A stretch of 64,000 bases of DNA from Symbiobacterium sp. GTDB taxonomy: Bacteria; Bacillota; Sulfobacillia; UBA995; UBA9673. A program made the translations under genes and the position numbers. Below the pieces are notes generated by a model. It saw nothing but the letters and a program-made list of their open reading frames with translations. It was not told the DNA's origin and searched no databases. Of this stretch, positions 1 through 8,861 are shown one piece after another; within the stretch, counting starts at the first letter, position 1; every line of letters begins with the position of its first letter. The DNA lies in assembly GCA_020725405.1 (NCBI GenBank), contig DYFB01000037.1:8760-72759 (forward strand). Reading direction: 5' to 3'.

Positions 1-365
1 AGTGCGCCAGTGTGGGGCTCAAGGAGAAGGAGGCCCTTGAGGCGGCCTCAGCCGGCGGCCGGGAGATAAAGGTCTCGAAGTTCCCGTTCTCGGCCAACGG
101 CAAGGCCGTGGCCATGGGCGAGACGGACGGCCTGGTCAAGCTGGTGGCCGACAAGGCGACCGGGGAGATTCTCGGGATGCACGTCATGGGACCGCACGCC
201 TCGGACCTCATCCACGAGGGAGCGGTGGCCGTCAAGGCCCGGATGACCGGGGAGGACCTCGCCCGCATCGTCTTCGCCCATCCGACCCTGTCGGAGGCAG
301 TCATGGAGGCGGCCCACGGCGTCCGGGGCGAGCCCATCCACATCGCCGCTACGAGGCGGAGGTAG
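1..365 (+). CDS. lpdA: Dihydrolipoamide dehydrogenase, C-terminal dimerisation domain (5' truncated by window)
   Basis: Motifs ASVGL, KFPFSANGKA, GEILGMHVMG, FAHPTLSEA (catalytic HPTxxE). Confidence 0.93.
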   Translation, partial: CASVGLKEKEALEAASAGGREIKVSKFPFSANGKAVAMGETDGLVKLVADKATGEILGMHVMGPHASDLIHEGAVAVKARMTGEDLARIVFAHPTLSEAVMEAAHGVRGEPIHIAATRRR

Positions 366-370
366 CGGCC

Positions 371-2098
371 TCAGGGTTCGCCCCCGGCCATCGCGCTCAG
401 CCCGCGCTCGATGACCTCCCAGATGTACGGGAGCTCGAAGCCTCGCCTCCAGGCGGCGACGCCGGCCAGGCTGTACTTTCTCACGAGCTCCACCCGGAGG
501 GCCATCGACGCCTCGTCCTCGATCCAGACGCGGTAGCGGACGCCGTCCTCGACGTAGGAGATGTAGTTGTGTCCGGTGGCCGCATCCCAGGTGGGGGTCA
601 GCCCCTTCTCGGCGATGATGTCGAGGACGTCCTGCATCCAGAGGGTCTTCACCGTCGGCCGCTGGCCCGACTGTTCGGCCCACAGCCTGGTGTAGAAGGG
701 CACTCCGAGGACGAGCTTCGACGCCGGGACCTCGCTGAGGATGCGCTGGATGCCGGCCTCGACCCAGGGGATGGCCCCCACGGGGCCGGAGACGGGGCTG
801 CCCGCCGTGTGCTGGTCGTAGCCCATGGCCATCACGTAGTCGACCGCCTCGGCCAGGGCCCGGCGGTCGTAGCAGAGGGACCAGGCCTCGCTTGAGGAGT
901 AGAAGGTCACGTCGACCGAGAGAACCAGTCCCTGCTCTCGGGCAAGCGGGCTGAGCTCCCGCATCAGCCGCACGTAATCGGCCTTCTGGGCGAGGTACAT
1001 GTTCTCGAAGTCCATGTTGAGGCCGTCAAGCCGGTAGAGCGAGCTGTAGATGAGGAGCTGCCGCACGATCTTCTCCCGCTTGGCCGGGTCGGTGAGGACA
1101 GCCCGGGTTCGGTCCCGGTTGAAGCCGTTCGTGACCAGCCCCCACACCTGATAGCCCCGCTGCCGGGCCCAGGCGACGTAGGCGGTGTCGGCGAGGTTCT
1201 GGACCGTCCCCTCGTTGTCCACCACGTGGAACCAGGTCGGCGAGACCACGTTCAGTCCGGGCATGGGGCCGATGAGGCCGGGGTCGGGGTTCCGGGAGTG
1301 CACGTGCTCCCAGACCAGGAAGACGGGGCCGGTGAGAGGGGGGGAGGGCGGACCCGGGTCGGCCGGCGCGACGGCGAACGGCTCTCCGGGGGTCAGACTT
1401 TTCTTCGGAACGTAGCCGATCCAGCCCGAGGCGTCCCGGACGCGGTACCAGCCGCCTTCCTCCCCCGAGAGGCGGACCTTGTCACCGGGCTCCAGGCGGC
1501 TGAGTCGCAGGGAGAAGAGGGAGGGGGCCTCCCGGACGTAAACCGGAGACGAGCCGACCACACCGGTTGGGACGAGCTCGCCGACCCGGTCGATGATAAC
1601 CGTGTTGCTCTCCACGACGTGGCGCTGGACAAGACCCAGGAGCTCGAGGAAGAAGTCGCCCGGGACGTAGGGCCGGCCCTGCGGGTCGAGGGTGACGGGT
1701 ACGTTGAGGTCCACGGGCACGCGGTTGACGAACTCCGTGAGGGAGTCCGTGGCCATGCGGATCGTCTTGCCCGCCGTGCTCACGGTCGCCCGGCGGACCT
1801 CGGGGTCCCAGGTCACGGACGGGTCGAGGTGGGCCTCCACGGTCTCGAGGGAGATGAGGAGGCGGCCCGCCCCGTCGAACAGGGGGGCGTCCGAGCAGAG
1901 GTGGTCACCGATGACCAGCCTGGTGACGGGCGGAACAGGCGCGTACCCGGGCCAGAACTGGAGGAACCCGAGGCCGGCGAAGGGTAGGACGGCGGCCAGG
2001 ACGGCGGCGGCCAGGACCGGGGAGCGCCGCCGCCAGCGCCGTCTCCGAGGTCCAAGCGGACCCGGGATGTTGAGGGCGGTGCGAATCTCGGACGCCAA
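371..2098 (-). CDS. Glycoside hydrolase family 18 protein (YaaH/YdhD-like spore peptidoglycan hydrolase) with N-terminal TM, copper-amine-oxidase-N-like and SH3 domains
   Basis: LDGLNMDFE catalytic motif, VVSPTWF, MGYDQH, LGVPFYTRLW, GVAAWRRG; SH3-like GWYRV..GWIGYV; TTG start with GGAGG. Confidence 0.88.
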   Translation of the reverse strand: MASEIRTALNIPGPLGPRRRRWRRRSPVLAAAVLAAVLPFAGLGFLQFWPGYAPVPPVTRLVIGDHLCSDAPLFDGAGRLLISLETVEAHLDPSVTWDPEVRRATVSTAGKTIRMATDSLTEFVNRVPVDLNVPVTLDPQGRPYVPGDFFLELLGLVQRHVVESNTVIIDRVGELVPTGVVGSSPVYVREAPSLFSLRLSRLEPGDKVRLSGEEGGWYRVRDASGWIGYVPKKSLTPGEPFAVAPADPGPPSPPLTGPVFLVWEHVHSRNPDPGLIGPMPGLNVVSPTWFHVVDNEGTVQNLADTAYVAWARQRGYQVWGLVTNGFNRDRTRAVLTDPAKREKIVRQLLIYSSLYRLDGLNMDFENMYLAQKADYVRLMRELSPLAREQGLVLSVDVTFYSSSEAWSLCYDRRALAEAVDYVMAMGYDQHTAGSPVSGPVGAIPWVEAGIQRILSEVPASKLVLGVPFYTRLWAEQSGQRPTVKTLWMQDVLDIIAEKGLTPTWDAATGHNYISYVEDGVRYRVWIEDEASMALRVELVRKYSLAGVAAWRRGFELPYIWEVIERGLSAMAGGEP

Positions 2099-2368
2099 GG
2101 GTACCCTCCTTTGGTGGCCGGGCGCGGGGGTCCTTCTCTAATGACCGGCCGGGCAGGGGGAAGACTCGAAGAAGGATTCGCTCCGGGCCCGAGGCCGCCT
2201 GCCGCCGCTCCGAAGGAAGAATCCGCCAGGAGGCGCGGGCGGAGGGCCGCTCTGGCCCGCCTGGTCCTCTCCCGGACGGGAGGAAACCGGCGGGCCCCGT
2301 GTAATTGAAGGTCGTTCCGGCCCGAGGCAGGCCGGATGACCACCTGAGGCGCAGGAGGAGGCCGGCTC

Positions 2369-3493
2369 ATGGCGGAGGGAACCGGAGAACGAGGCGGAGG
2401 GCGGGATAAGGGGTGGCGTCTCGCCCGGCGCCTCGAGACGGTCAGGCGGAAGCTCGGCACCCTGGAGAGGCGGCCCGGGGCGGTGGTGGTCACGGGGGAG
2501 TGCAACCGGCGGTATCTCACCGGCTTCACCGGGTCGTCGGGAGCGGCGGTGGTCTCGGCGACCAGGGCCGTCCTCGTGACCGACTTCCGCTACCTCACGC
2601 AGGCTAAGGCCGAGTGCCCCGGCTGGGAGATAGTACGGCAGGGGCCCGTCCTGCTCGATACGGTGGCCGAGGTCGTGGTCGGGTTCGGGGAGGAGCGGGT
2701 GGGCTTCGAGCGCGACCACGCCACGTTCGCCCTCTACGAGGACTTGAGCTCCCGTCTGAAGGGCTTCGAACTCATCCCGGTGGCCGGCCTCGTGGACTCG
2801 GTGCGCGAGATAAAGGAGGAGGAGGAGATAGACGCCATCCGGGAGGCGGCCCTCCTGACCGACCGAGCCCTGGGTGAGATCCTCCCGTTCATCAAGCCGG
2901 GAGTCTCCGAGATGGATATCGCCCTCGAGCTGGAGTACCGGATGCGGAAGCTCGGCGCGGATGGCGTGGCCTTCCCGGCCATCGTCGCCTCCGGGCCGCG
3001 CTCGGCGCTTCCCCACGGCCGGGCCTCGAAGAAGAGGCTGGCCCCCGGGGAGCTGGTCACCGTCGACACCGGGGCCGTGGTCGGCGGGTACTGCTCGGAC
3101 CTCACCCGGACCTTCGCTCTCGGCCCGGTGATGGGCGAGCAGGAGAAGGTCTACCGTCTGGTCCTCGAGGCCCAGCTGGCGGCTCTGGAAGCCTGCCGCC
3201 CCGGACGGGCGGGCAAGGAGATAGACCAGGTGGCGCGGGACGTCATCTCCGCCCGCGGTCACGGGGACCACTTCGGCCACGGCCTGGGCCACGGGGTGGG
3301 TCTGGCCGTCCACGAAGGGCCTCGCCTTTCCCCAACGTCGGACCAGGTCATCGAGGCCGGTCACGTGGTGACGGTCGAGCCGGGGGTTTACATCGAGGGC
3401 TGGGGCGGCGTCAGGATAGAAGACCTCGTCGCGGTCAGGGCCGACGGGGTGGAGATCCTCTCGACCTTCCCCAAGGAGCTTCAGGTCTTGTGA
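2369..3493 (+). CDS. Xaa-Pro aminopeptidase (M24 family, YqhT/PapA-like)
   Basis: YLTGFTGS, TDFRY, DTGA..YCSDLTRT, HGLGHGVG..HEGP, TVEPGVY, GVRIED; directly upstream of efp. Confidence 0.93.
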   Translation: MAEGTGERGGGRDKGWRLARRLETVRRKLGTLERRPGAVVVTGECNRRYLTGFTGSSGAAVVSATRAVLVTDFRYLTQAKAECPGWEIVRQGPVLLDTVAEVVVGFGEERVGFERDHATFALYEDLSSRLKGFELIPVAGLVDSVREIKEEEEIDAIREAALLTDRALGEILPFIKPGVSEMDIALELEYRMRKLGADGVAFPAIVASGPRSALPHGRASKKRLAPGELVTVDTGAVVGGYCSDLTRTFALGPVMGEQEKVYRLVLEAQLAALEACRPGRAGKEIDQVARDVISARGHGDHFGHGLGHGVGLAVHEGPRLSPTSDQVIEAGHVVTVEPGVYIEGWGGVRIEDLVAVRADGVEILSTFPKELQVL

Positions 3494-3537
3494 GAGGCTG
3501 GAGATAGGCTCAGAGCACCCAGGGCGGTGAGACCAAG

Positions 3538-4095
3538 TTGATTTCGACCAACGACTTCCGGACCGGGGTGACCGTCGAGATAGACGGCGCCGTGTGGCAG
3601 GTCATCGAGTTCCAGCACGTCAAGCCTGGCAAGGGGTCGGCCTTCGTCCGGAGCAAGCTCAGGAACCTCGAGACGGGGGCGATCGTCGAGCGGACTTTCC
3701 GGGCCGGGGAGAAGCTGCCCCGGGCTCACCTCGAACGGCGCGAGGTTCAGTATCTCTACAGCTCCGGTGATGAATACACCTTCATGGACACCGAGACCTA
3801 CGAGCAGCTCTCCCTCTCGGAGGAGCAGCTCGGTGACGGGCGGCAGTACCTGGTGGAGAACATGACCATCCATGTCGTCTCTCACGGGGGTCGCCTCATC
3901 GGGGTCGAACTGCCGAACTCGGTCGAACTGCGAGTCGTCGCGACCGACCCCGGGCTCAGGGGCGATACGGCCTCGGGTGGGACGAAGCCGGCCAGGCTCG
4001 AGACGGGGCTGGTGGTCCAGGTTCCTCTGTTCATCGAGGAGGGCGACGTCCTCCGCATCGACACCCGGACCGGGCTCTACATCGAGCGAGCCTGA
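3538..4095 (+). CDS. efp: Elongation factor P
   Basis: [35 protein letters not shown] motifs. Confidence 0.98.
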   Translation: MISTNDFRTGVTVEIDGAVWQVIEFQHVKPGKGSAFVRSKLRNLETGAIVERTFRAGEKLPRAHLERREVQYLYSSGDEYTFMDTETYEQLSLSEEQLGDGRQYLVENMTIHVVSHGGRLIGVELPNSVELRVVATDPGLRGDTASGGTKPARLETGLVVQVPLFIEEGDVLRIDTRTGLYIERA

Positions 4096-4108
4096 AACGC
4101 GCCCGAAA

Positions 4109-4144
4109 GACGGGGGGACGGCCCGCGTGGGTCCGCCCCCCGTC
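4109..4144. terminator. GC-rich hairpin between convergent efp and small membrane-protein gene, likely bidirectional terminator
   Basis: gacgggggg (4109-4117) pairs perfectly with ccccccgtc (4136-4144), plus an inner stem. Confidence 0.6.
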
Positions 4145-4164
4145 CTCTTGGCCTGTCTCCGCAC

Positions 4165-4350
4165 CTAACCGCGGTTCCGGACGTCGGTGTTGCTTCTCAC
4201 GAACAGGAACCAGGCGTTGTAGAGAGCCACCACCGCCCCGACGATGATGTTGTTCATGAGGATGGACTCAGTAGTCTGGAAGATGCCCAGCAGGGGTGCG
4301 GCGACCAGCCAGGCTCCGACCACGATGTGGATGATATGGAACGTGGTCAG
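4165..4350 (-). CDS. Unannotated 61-aa two-TM membrane protein (SPW-repeat-like), CTG start
   Basis: SD AAGGAGGTGA 6 nt before CTG; MTTFHIIHIVVGAWLVAAPLLGIFQTTESILMNNIIVGAVVALYNAWFLFVRSNTDVRNRG*; hand-translated, absent from ORF track. Confidence 0.75.
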   Translation of the reverse strand: MTTFHIIHIVVGAWLVAAPLLGIFQTTESILMNNIIVGAVVALYNAWFLFVRSNTDVRNRG

Positions 4351-4450
4351 GTGTCCTCACCTCCTTCCGGATTAGCGTTCCCCGCGGCGGCCATATTAGA
4401 CCCCGGGAGGGGGGCCGGGCGTGGACGGAGTCGGGCGGGAGAGCGGGGAC

Positions 4451-4975
4451 ATGGAGAGCCGGGCCGCCTACCTCAGCGGTCTGGTCCAGGGCCTCGGACT
4501 CCGGACCGGAAGGCCCGAGGGCCGGGTCCTCGAGCAGGTCGTCGAGCTCCTCGAAGACGTCGTCCGCGAGCTCGACGCCGTGCGGAAGGCGCGGGCCATC
4601 CCGCCGCGCCGGGGAGGCGCCGAGGCCGCCGACCGGCCGGTCTTCCTGGCCTGCGAGTGTCCCCACTGCGGCCAGGACATCTTCGCCGAGGTCGGGCCCG
4701 CCGTCGTCCGGGGGCGGGAGGAAGCCGGCGCCGGCGCGCTCCGGGACCGGGAGGAGACCGGCTCCGCCGTCCAGGAAGGCGGGCCGGCCGCCCTTTACCG
4801 TGATTTCGTCCTGACCTGCACCAACTGCGGTGAGACCATCCACGTCGCACCGGCCCTCCCGTCGACCCCGCCTCCGGAAGACGGCACTGCTTCTCCGGGG
4901 CGGGTCTCCGCTTTTCCGCGCCGCGGTGCCCGGCGGGGAGGGGGCCGCCGGCCGCAGCAGGGTCCGGTCCATTAG
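4451..4975 (+). CDS. CD1247 N-terminal-domain-like protein with two CxxC pairs (putative zinc ribbon)
   Basis: RAAYLSGLVQGLGL..EGRVLEQVVELL, CPHC and CTNC; position between efp and spoIIIAA. Confidence 0.7.
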   Translation: MESRAAYLSGLVQGLGLRTGRPEGRVLEQVVELLEDVVRELDAVRKARAIPPRRGGAEAADRPVFLACECPHCGQDIFAEVGPAVVRGREEAGAGALRDREETGSAVQEGGPAALYRDFVLTCTNCGETIHVAPALPSTPPPEDGTASPGRVSAFPRRGARRGGGRRPQQGPVH

Positions 4976-5040
4976 GCCTTCACCCCGGCTCGCCCGGGCC
5001 TTCATCCCCGCTCGCCGGGGCCTTCATCCCCAACTCCGCC
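4975..5040. repeat. 3 x 22-bp imperfect tandem repeat
   Basis: ggccttcaccccggctcgcccg / ggccttcatccccgctcgccgg / ggccttcatccccaactccgcc. Confidence 0.85.
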
Positions 5041-5065
5041 CGCCGGACCCTTCCCGCGGCCGCGG

Positions 5066-5094
5066 GCATAAAGGCTCCCCGGGTTCAATAGGAT
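5066..5094 (+). promoter_or_regulatory. Candidate sigma-E promoter of spoIIIA
   Basis: GCATAAA-N14-AATAGGAT; spoIIIA is sigma-E controlled in characterised spore formers. Confidence 0.6.
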
Positions 5095-5149
5095 GGGACG
5101 AGCTACGGCTTGTCTTGGACCATACGTTCCCCCCGGGGGAGGACGACCG

Positions 5150-6187
5150 TTGTCACGCCCTGAGCTCGCCGCCCGGACCCAGAGCCCTGGCCCGCCGCTC
5201 AGGCGGGAGACCATCGCCATCCGGGCTCCCGCCCGCGAGGAGGTTGTGTCCTTTCTGGCCCCCGCGGTCAGGCGGCCGGTCGAGAGGCTGGGGGAGGGGC
5301 TCTGGGCCCGGGCGGAGGAGCTGCGCCTCCGCCGCGGGCGCCCGCTCTCCCTGGTCAGCGATTCGGGTGACGTCTGGCTCTCGCCCCAGGGCCTCCCGAC
5401 CTCGGACCCGACCGCAGCCTACGTGGTCTCGGCCGAGGACACCCGCCGGACTCTGAGCCTGGTGAGCCAGGGCTCCGTCTACGCCCTCGAGGAGGAGTTC
5501 AGACAGGGCTTCGTCACCCTTCCCGGCGGGCACCGGGTGGGGCTTGTCGGCCGGGCGCTTCTCGAGGGCGGCCGGGTGAGGACCATCACCCACGTCGCCG
5601 GGCTCAACTTCCGCCTCTCCCGGGAGGTCCGCGGGGTCGCCCGACCCCTCGTCGAGCGGGTCGTCCCTTCTTCGGGCCGGCCCCTGAGCACCCTCATAGT
5701 CTCCCCGCCGGGCTGCGGCAAGACCACGGCTCTGCGGGACCTGGTCCGCCTCCTTAGCGACGGGGTTCCCGAAATAGGCCTCAGGGGGTTCCGAGTCGGG
5801 CTCGTGGACGAGCGCTCGGAGGTGGCCGCGTGCTACGAGGGAGTGCCCCAGCGCGACGTCGGCCTGCGCACCGACGTTCTCGACGCCTGCCCCAAAGCCG
5901 ACGGCGTGGTCCTTCTCCTGAGGGCGATGTCGCCGGAGATCATCGCCGCGGACGAGGTCGGGCGCCCCGAGGACGTCCGGGCCCTCGGTGAGGCCGCCTG
6001 CGCGGGTGCGGCGGTCATCGCCACGGCCCACGGTTCCTCCCTCGACGACCTTGCCGGCCGGCCCATGCTCGGCGAGATGGTCCGGTCGGGGCTCTTCCAG
6101 GTTTACGTCATCCTCTCACGCCGCCGGGGCCCGGGGACCGTGGAGGCGGTCCTCAGCGGATGGGGAGGCGGCCGGGGTGCTCGCTAA
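5150..6187 (+). CDS. spoIIIAA: Stage III sporulation protein AA (ATPase)
   Basis: EELRLRRGRP, GFVTLPGGHRVG, SPPGCGKTT, DERSEVA, MSPEIIAADEVG; TTG start after GGAGG. Confidence 0.96.
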   Translation: MSRPELAARTQSPGPPLRRETIAIRAPAREEVVSFLAPAVRRPVERLGEGLWARAEELRLRRGRPLSLVSDSGDVWLSPQGLPTSDPTAAYVVSAEDTRRTLSLVSQGSVYALEEEFRQGFVTLPGGHRVGLVGRALLEGGRVRTITHVAGLNFRLSREVRGVARPLVERVVPSSGRPLSTLIVSPPGCGKTTALRDLVRLLSDGVPEIGLRGFRVGLVDERSEVAACYEGVPQRDVGLRTDVLDACPKADGVVLLLRAMSPEIIAADEVGRPEDVRALGEAACAGAAVIATAHGSSLDDLAGRPMLGEMVRSGLFQVYVILSRRRGPGTVEAVLSGWGGGRGAR

Positions 6188-6698
6188 GGCCGTCGGGTTC
6201 CTGGTGGTCGTGGTCTCGGCCTCGCTGGCGGGGATGACGGTGGGCCACAGCTACAGGGCCCGGGCCCGGCAGCTGACCGACCTGAGGGTCGGCCTTCATC
6301 TTCTGGAGACGGAGGTGACCTTCGCCGCCAGCGCTCTGCCGGGTGCCCTCGACCGCGTGGCCCGCGGGCTGGCCGCTCCGGTCGGGGACATCTTCCGCGG
6401 GGCCGCCGGTCTGATGCGCTCGGGCGAGGGGCTCGCGGCCGGGGAGGCCTGGGAGACGGCCGCCCGGGCGGTGTTCCCGCGAACGGCCCTAGAAGCCGGG
6501 GACCTCGACGTCGTCCTCGCCCTGGCCGGGTACCTGGGTGTGACCGACCGCGAGGACCAGAGGCGCCACATCGCGTTGGCGGTGGAGCGCCTGCGGGCGC
6601 GGGAGGAGGCGGCTCTGGCGGAGCAGAGGACGTCGGAGCGCATGTGGCGCTACCTCGGAGTCCTGGGTGGGTTGGCCCTGGGGGTGGCCCTCCTGTGA
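6177..6698 (+). CDS. spoIIIAB: Stage III sporulation protein AB
   Basis: N-terminal TM, LHLLETEVTF..LP, LG..D.EDQ, MWRYLGVLGG; operon position. Confidence 0.92.
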   Translation: MLAKAVGFLVVVVSASLAGMTVGHSYRARARQLTDLRVGLHLLETEVTFAASALPGALDRVARGLAAPVGDIFRGAAGLMRSGEGLAAGEAWETAARAVFPRTALEAGDLDVVLALAGYLGVTDREDQRRHIALAVERLRAREEAALAEQRTSERMWRYLGVLGGLALGVALL

Positions 6699-6780
6699 CC
6701 ATCCCGGCCGCAGAAGTTCGCCGCGTCCGTCGGCCGGTCGGCCGGGACTCCCACCGATCTGCCGGGAGGGTGGCCGGAAG

Positions 6781-6984
6781 ATGAGCCTTAACGTGGACCT
6801 GGTGTTCCAGATAGCCATAATCGGCATCGTCGTCTCGGTCCTGAACATCGTCCTGCGCCAGTCCCACAAGGAGGAGTGGGCCCAGATGTTGACCATAGCC
6901 GGGGCCGTCGTCGTGCTCTCCATCGTGGCCAGGATGGTGCTCGACCTCTTCCAGACGGTCCGGACTATGTTCCAGCTCTACTAG
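6781..6984 (+). CDS. spoIIIAC: Stage III sporulation protein AC
   Basis: 67 aa, VDLVFQIAIIGIVVSVLNIVLRQS.KEEWAQ. Confidence 0.95.
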   Translation: MSLNVDLVFQIAIIGIVVSVLNIVLRQSHKEEWAQMLTIAGAVVVLSIVARMVLDLFQTVRTMFQLY

Positions 6985-7032
6985 GGCGGATGCACAGCCT
7001 GGCCGGAGAGAGCCGGAGCGGGGGAACGAGTC

Positions 7033-7416
7033 TTGGAGATCATGCAGGTCGTCGGGCTGGCCATCGTCGCCGCCGTCCTGCTGGTCATCCTCCGGCGGCA
7101 GCGGCCGGAGATGGCCGTCGTCCTGAGTCTGGTCGTCGGCCTCGCCATTTTCTTCATGGTGGCCCAGAGGCTCCTGGCCATCCTGGAGTTTCTGCGCGAG
7201 CTCGCGGCCAGGGCAAGGGTCGACAGCCTCTATCTCAACACCATCCTCAAGATCGTCGGCATCGCCTACATCGCTGAGATCGGCGCCCAGGTCTGCCGTG
7301 ACGTGGAGGAGACCTCGGTGGCGGCCAAGGTCGAGCTGGCCGGGAAGGTTCTGATCCTGGCCCTGGCCATACCGATCGTCATGGCCATCCTGGAGGCCAT
7401 CCTTAGAGTCCTGTAG
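7033..7416 (+). CDS. spoIIIAD: Stage III sporulation protein AD
   Basis: MEIMQVVGLA, ILKIVGIAYIAEIG..VCRD, KVELAGKVLIL. Confidence 0.96.
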   Translation: MEIMQVVGLAIVAAVLLVILRRQRPEMAVVLSLVVGLAIFFMVAQRLLAILEFLRELAARARVDSLYLNTILKIVGIAYIAEIGAQVCRDVEETSVAAKVELAGKVLILALAIPIVMAILEAILRVL

Positions 7417-7421
7417 AGGGG

Positions 7422-8846
7422 GTGGAGGAGACGGACCACCGGGTGAGGCGCGAGGGAAGAAGACGGGAGGGCAGGCGCCTTGCAGCTCCGGCGCTCCGGG
7501 CTCAGGCCTGGCTCCGGGCTCGGGCCTGGCTCCGGGCTCAGGCCTGGCTCCGGGCTCGGGCCTGGCTCCGGGCTCAGGCCTGGCTCCGGGCTCGGGCCTG
7601 GCTCCGGGCGGCCGGCCTCGTCCTTCTGGCGGCCCTGGCCGCGCTGGTCGCCCTGAACGCCGCGGCCTTGCGGGTCGAGGCCGGGCCGTCCGGGGATGCG
7701 GTGGGCGCGCCTCGGGCAGCAGCCCAGGAGGGAGGTGGCTCAGGAGCCGGACTTCTCGAGACCGAGCTTGAGCGGCAGGCCGAGAGCCTGGGGCTCGACA
7801 GCGTCGACCGCTTTCTCGAGGAACTCGACCGCCAGATGGCCGGAGACCTCCCTCCCCTCCGGGTGAGGGACGTCATCAGCATGGTCGTGCGGGGGGAGGG
7901 GGCCTACACCCTGCCCGGATTCCTGCGGGCCCTGGGCGCCAGGCTCATGCGGGAGGTCCTTGCCGGATCGGGGCTTCTCGCGCGCCTGGTCATCCTCTCT
8001 CTGGTCGCGGGGCTGCTGAAGGCCATCCAGAGCGCCTTCGCCCGGTCGGAGACGGCGGAGCTGGCCTACGGGGCCTGCTATCTCGTTCTGATCATCATGG
8101 CCATGGGCGGGTTCCTCCTGGCCATGGAGGTCTGCCGGGGGGTCATCGATAACCTCACGGGCTTCATGCAGGCGATGCTGCCGGTGATGATCCTGCTCCT
8201 CGCCGGGGTCGGCGCGGTCAGCACGGCCGGGCTCCTGAACCCGGTCCTGGTGGCGTCGGTCCAGTTCATAGCCGGCTTCATCCGGGATGTCGCCCTGCCG
8301 GTGGTCCTGTGCGCCGCCTGCGTCGACCTCGTCTCCCGGACCTTCACCCGGGTCAAGGCCACGGCCCTGGCCGACCTTCTCCGCCAGGGGGCGGTGGTGG
8401 TGACGGGTCTTCTCCTGTCGCTCTTCACCGGGGTGGTCGCCGTCTACGGGGCGGCCGGCTCTGTGGTTGACGGAGCTGCGATAAAGGCGGCCAAGTTCGC
8501 GACGGCGACCTTCATCCCCTTCCTCGGCGGATTCCTGGCCGACGCCGTCGAGGTCGTCATATCGAGCTCCCTTGTTCTGAAGAACGTGGTCGGAGTGGTC
8601 GGAGCTCTCGGGGTGGTGGCCTTCACGGTCTTCCCGCTCCTGAAGGTGCTTGCCCTTGTCCTGGTCTTCCGGGTCGCCGGGGCCCTTGTCCAGCCCCTCG
8701 GGGCCGGGGAACTCGTGGGCAGTCTCAACAGCGTCGGGAGCTCCCTGGTGCTCATGATGGTAATGGCCTGCGCCGTCGCGGTGATGTTCCTCATCACCCT
8801 GGCCGTGGTGGTCATGGCGGCCACGGCGGCGGTGATGATCAGGTGA
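7422..8846 (+). CDS. spoIIIAE: Stage III sporulation protein AE with repeat-expanded N-terminus (start may be GTG 7443)
   Basis: Multi-TM, FMQAMLPVM, K.AKFA..TFIPFLGG.LADAVE.V..SSLVLKN. Confidence 0.93.
   Translation: MEETDHRVRREGRRREGRRLAAPALRAQAWLRARAWLRAQAWLRARAWLRAQAWLRARAWLRAAGLVLLAALAALVALNAAALRVEAGPSGDAVGAPRAAAQEGGGSGAGLLETELERQAESLGLDSVDRFLEELDRQMAGDLPPLRVRDVISMVVRGEGAYTLPGFLRALGARLMREVLAGSGLLARLVILSLVAGLLKAIQSAFARSETAELAYGACYLVLIIMAMGGFLLAMEVCRGVIDNLTGFMQAMLPVMILLLAGVGAVSTAGLLNPVLVASVQFIAGFIRDVALPVVLCAACVDLVSRTFTRVKATALADLLRQGAVVVTGLLLSLFTGVVAVYGAAGSVVDGAAIKAAKFATATFIPFLGGFLADAVEVVISSSLVLKNVVGVVGALGVVAFTVFPLLKVLALVLVFRVAGALVQPLGAGELVGSLNSVGSSLVLMMVMACAVAVMFLITLAVVVMAATAAVMIR
7494..7609 (+). 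repeat. 6.4 x 18-bp coding tandem repeat with alternating A/G variant (3 x 36-bp higher-order unit)
   Basis: ctccgggctc[a/g]ggcctgg, encoding (LRAQAW LRARAW)x3. Confidence 0.95.
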
Positions 8847-8861
8847 CGGCCGGCCGGGGGG

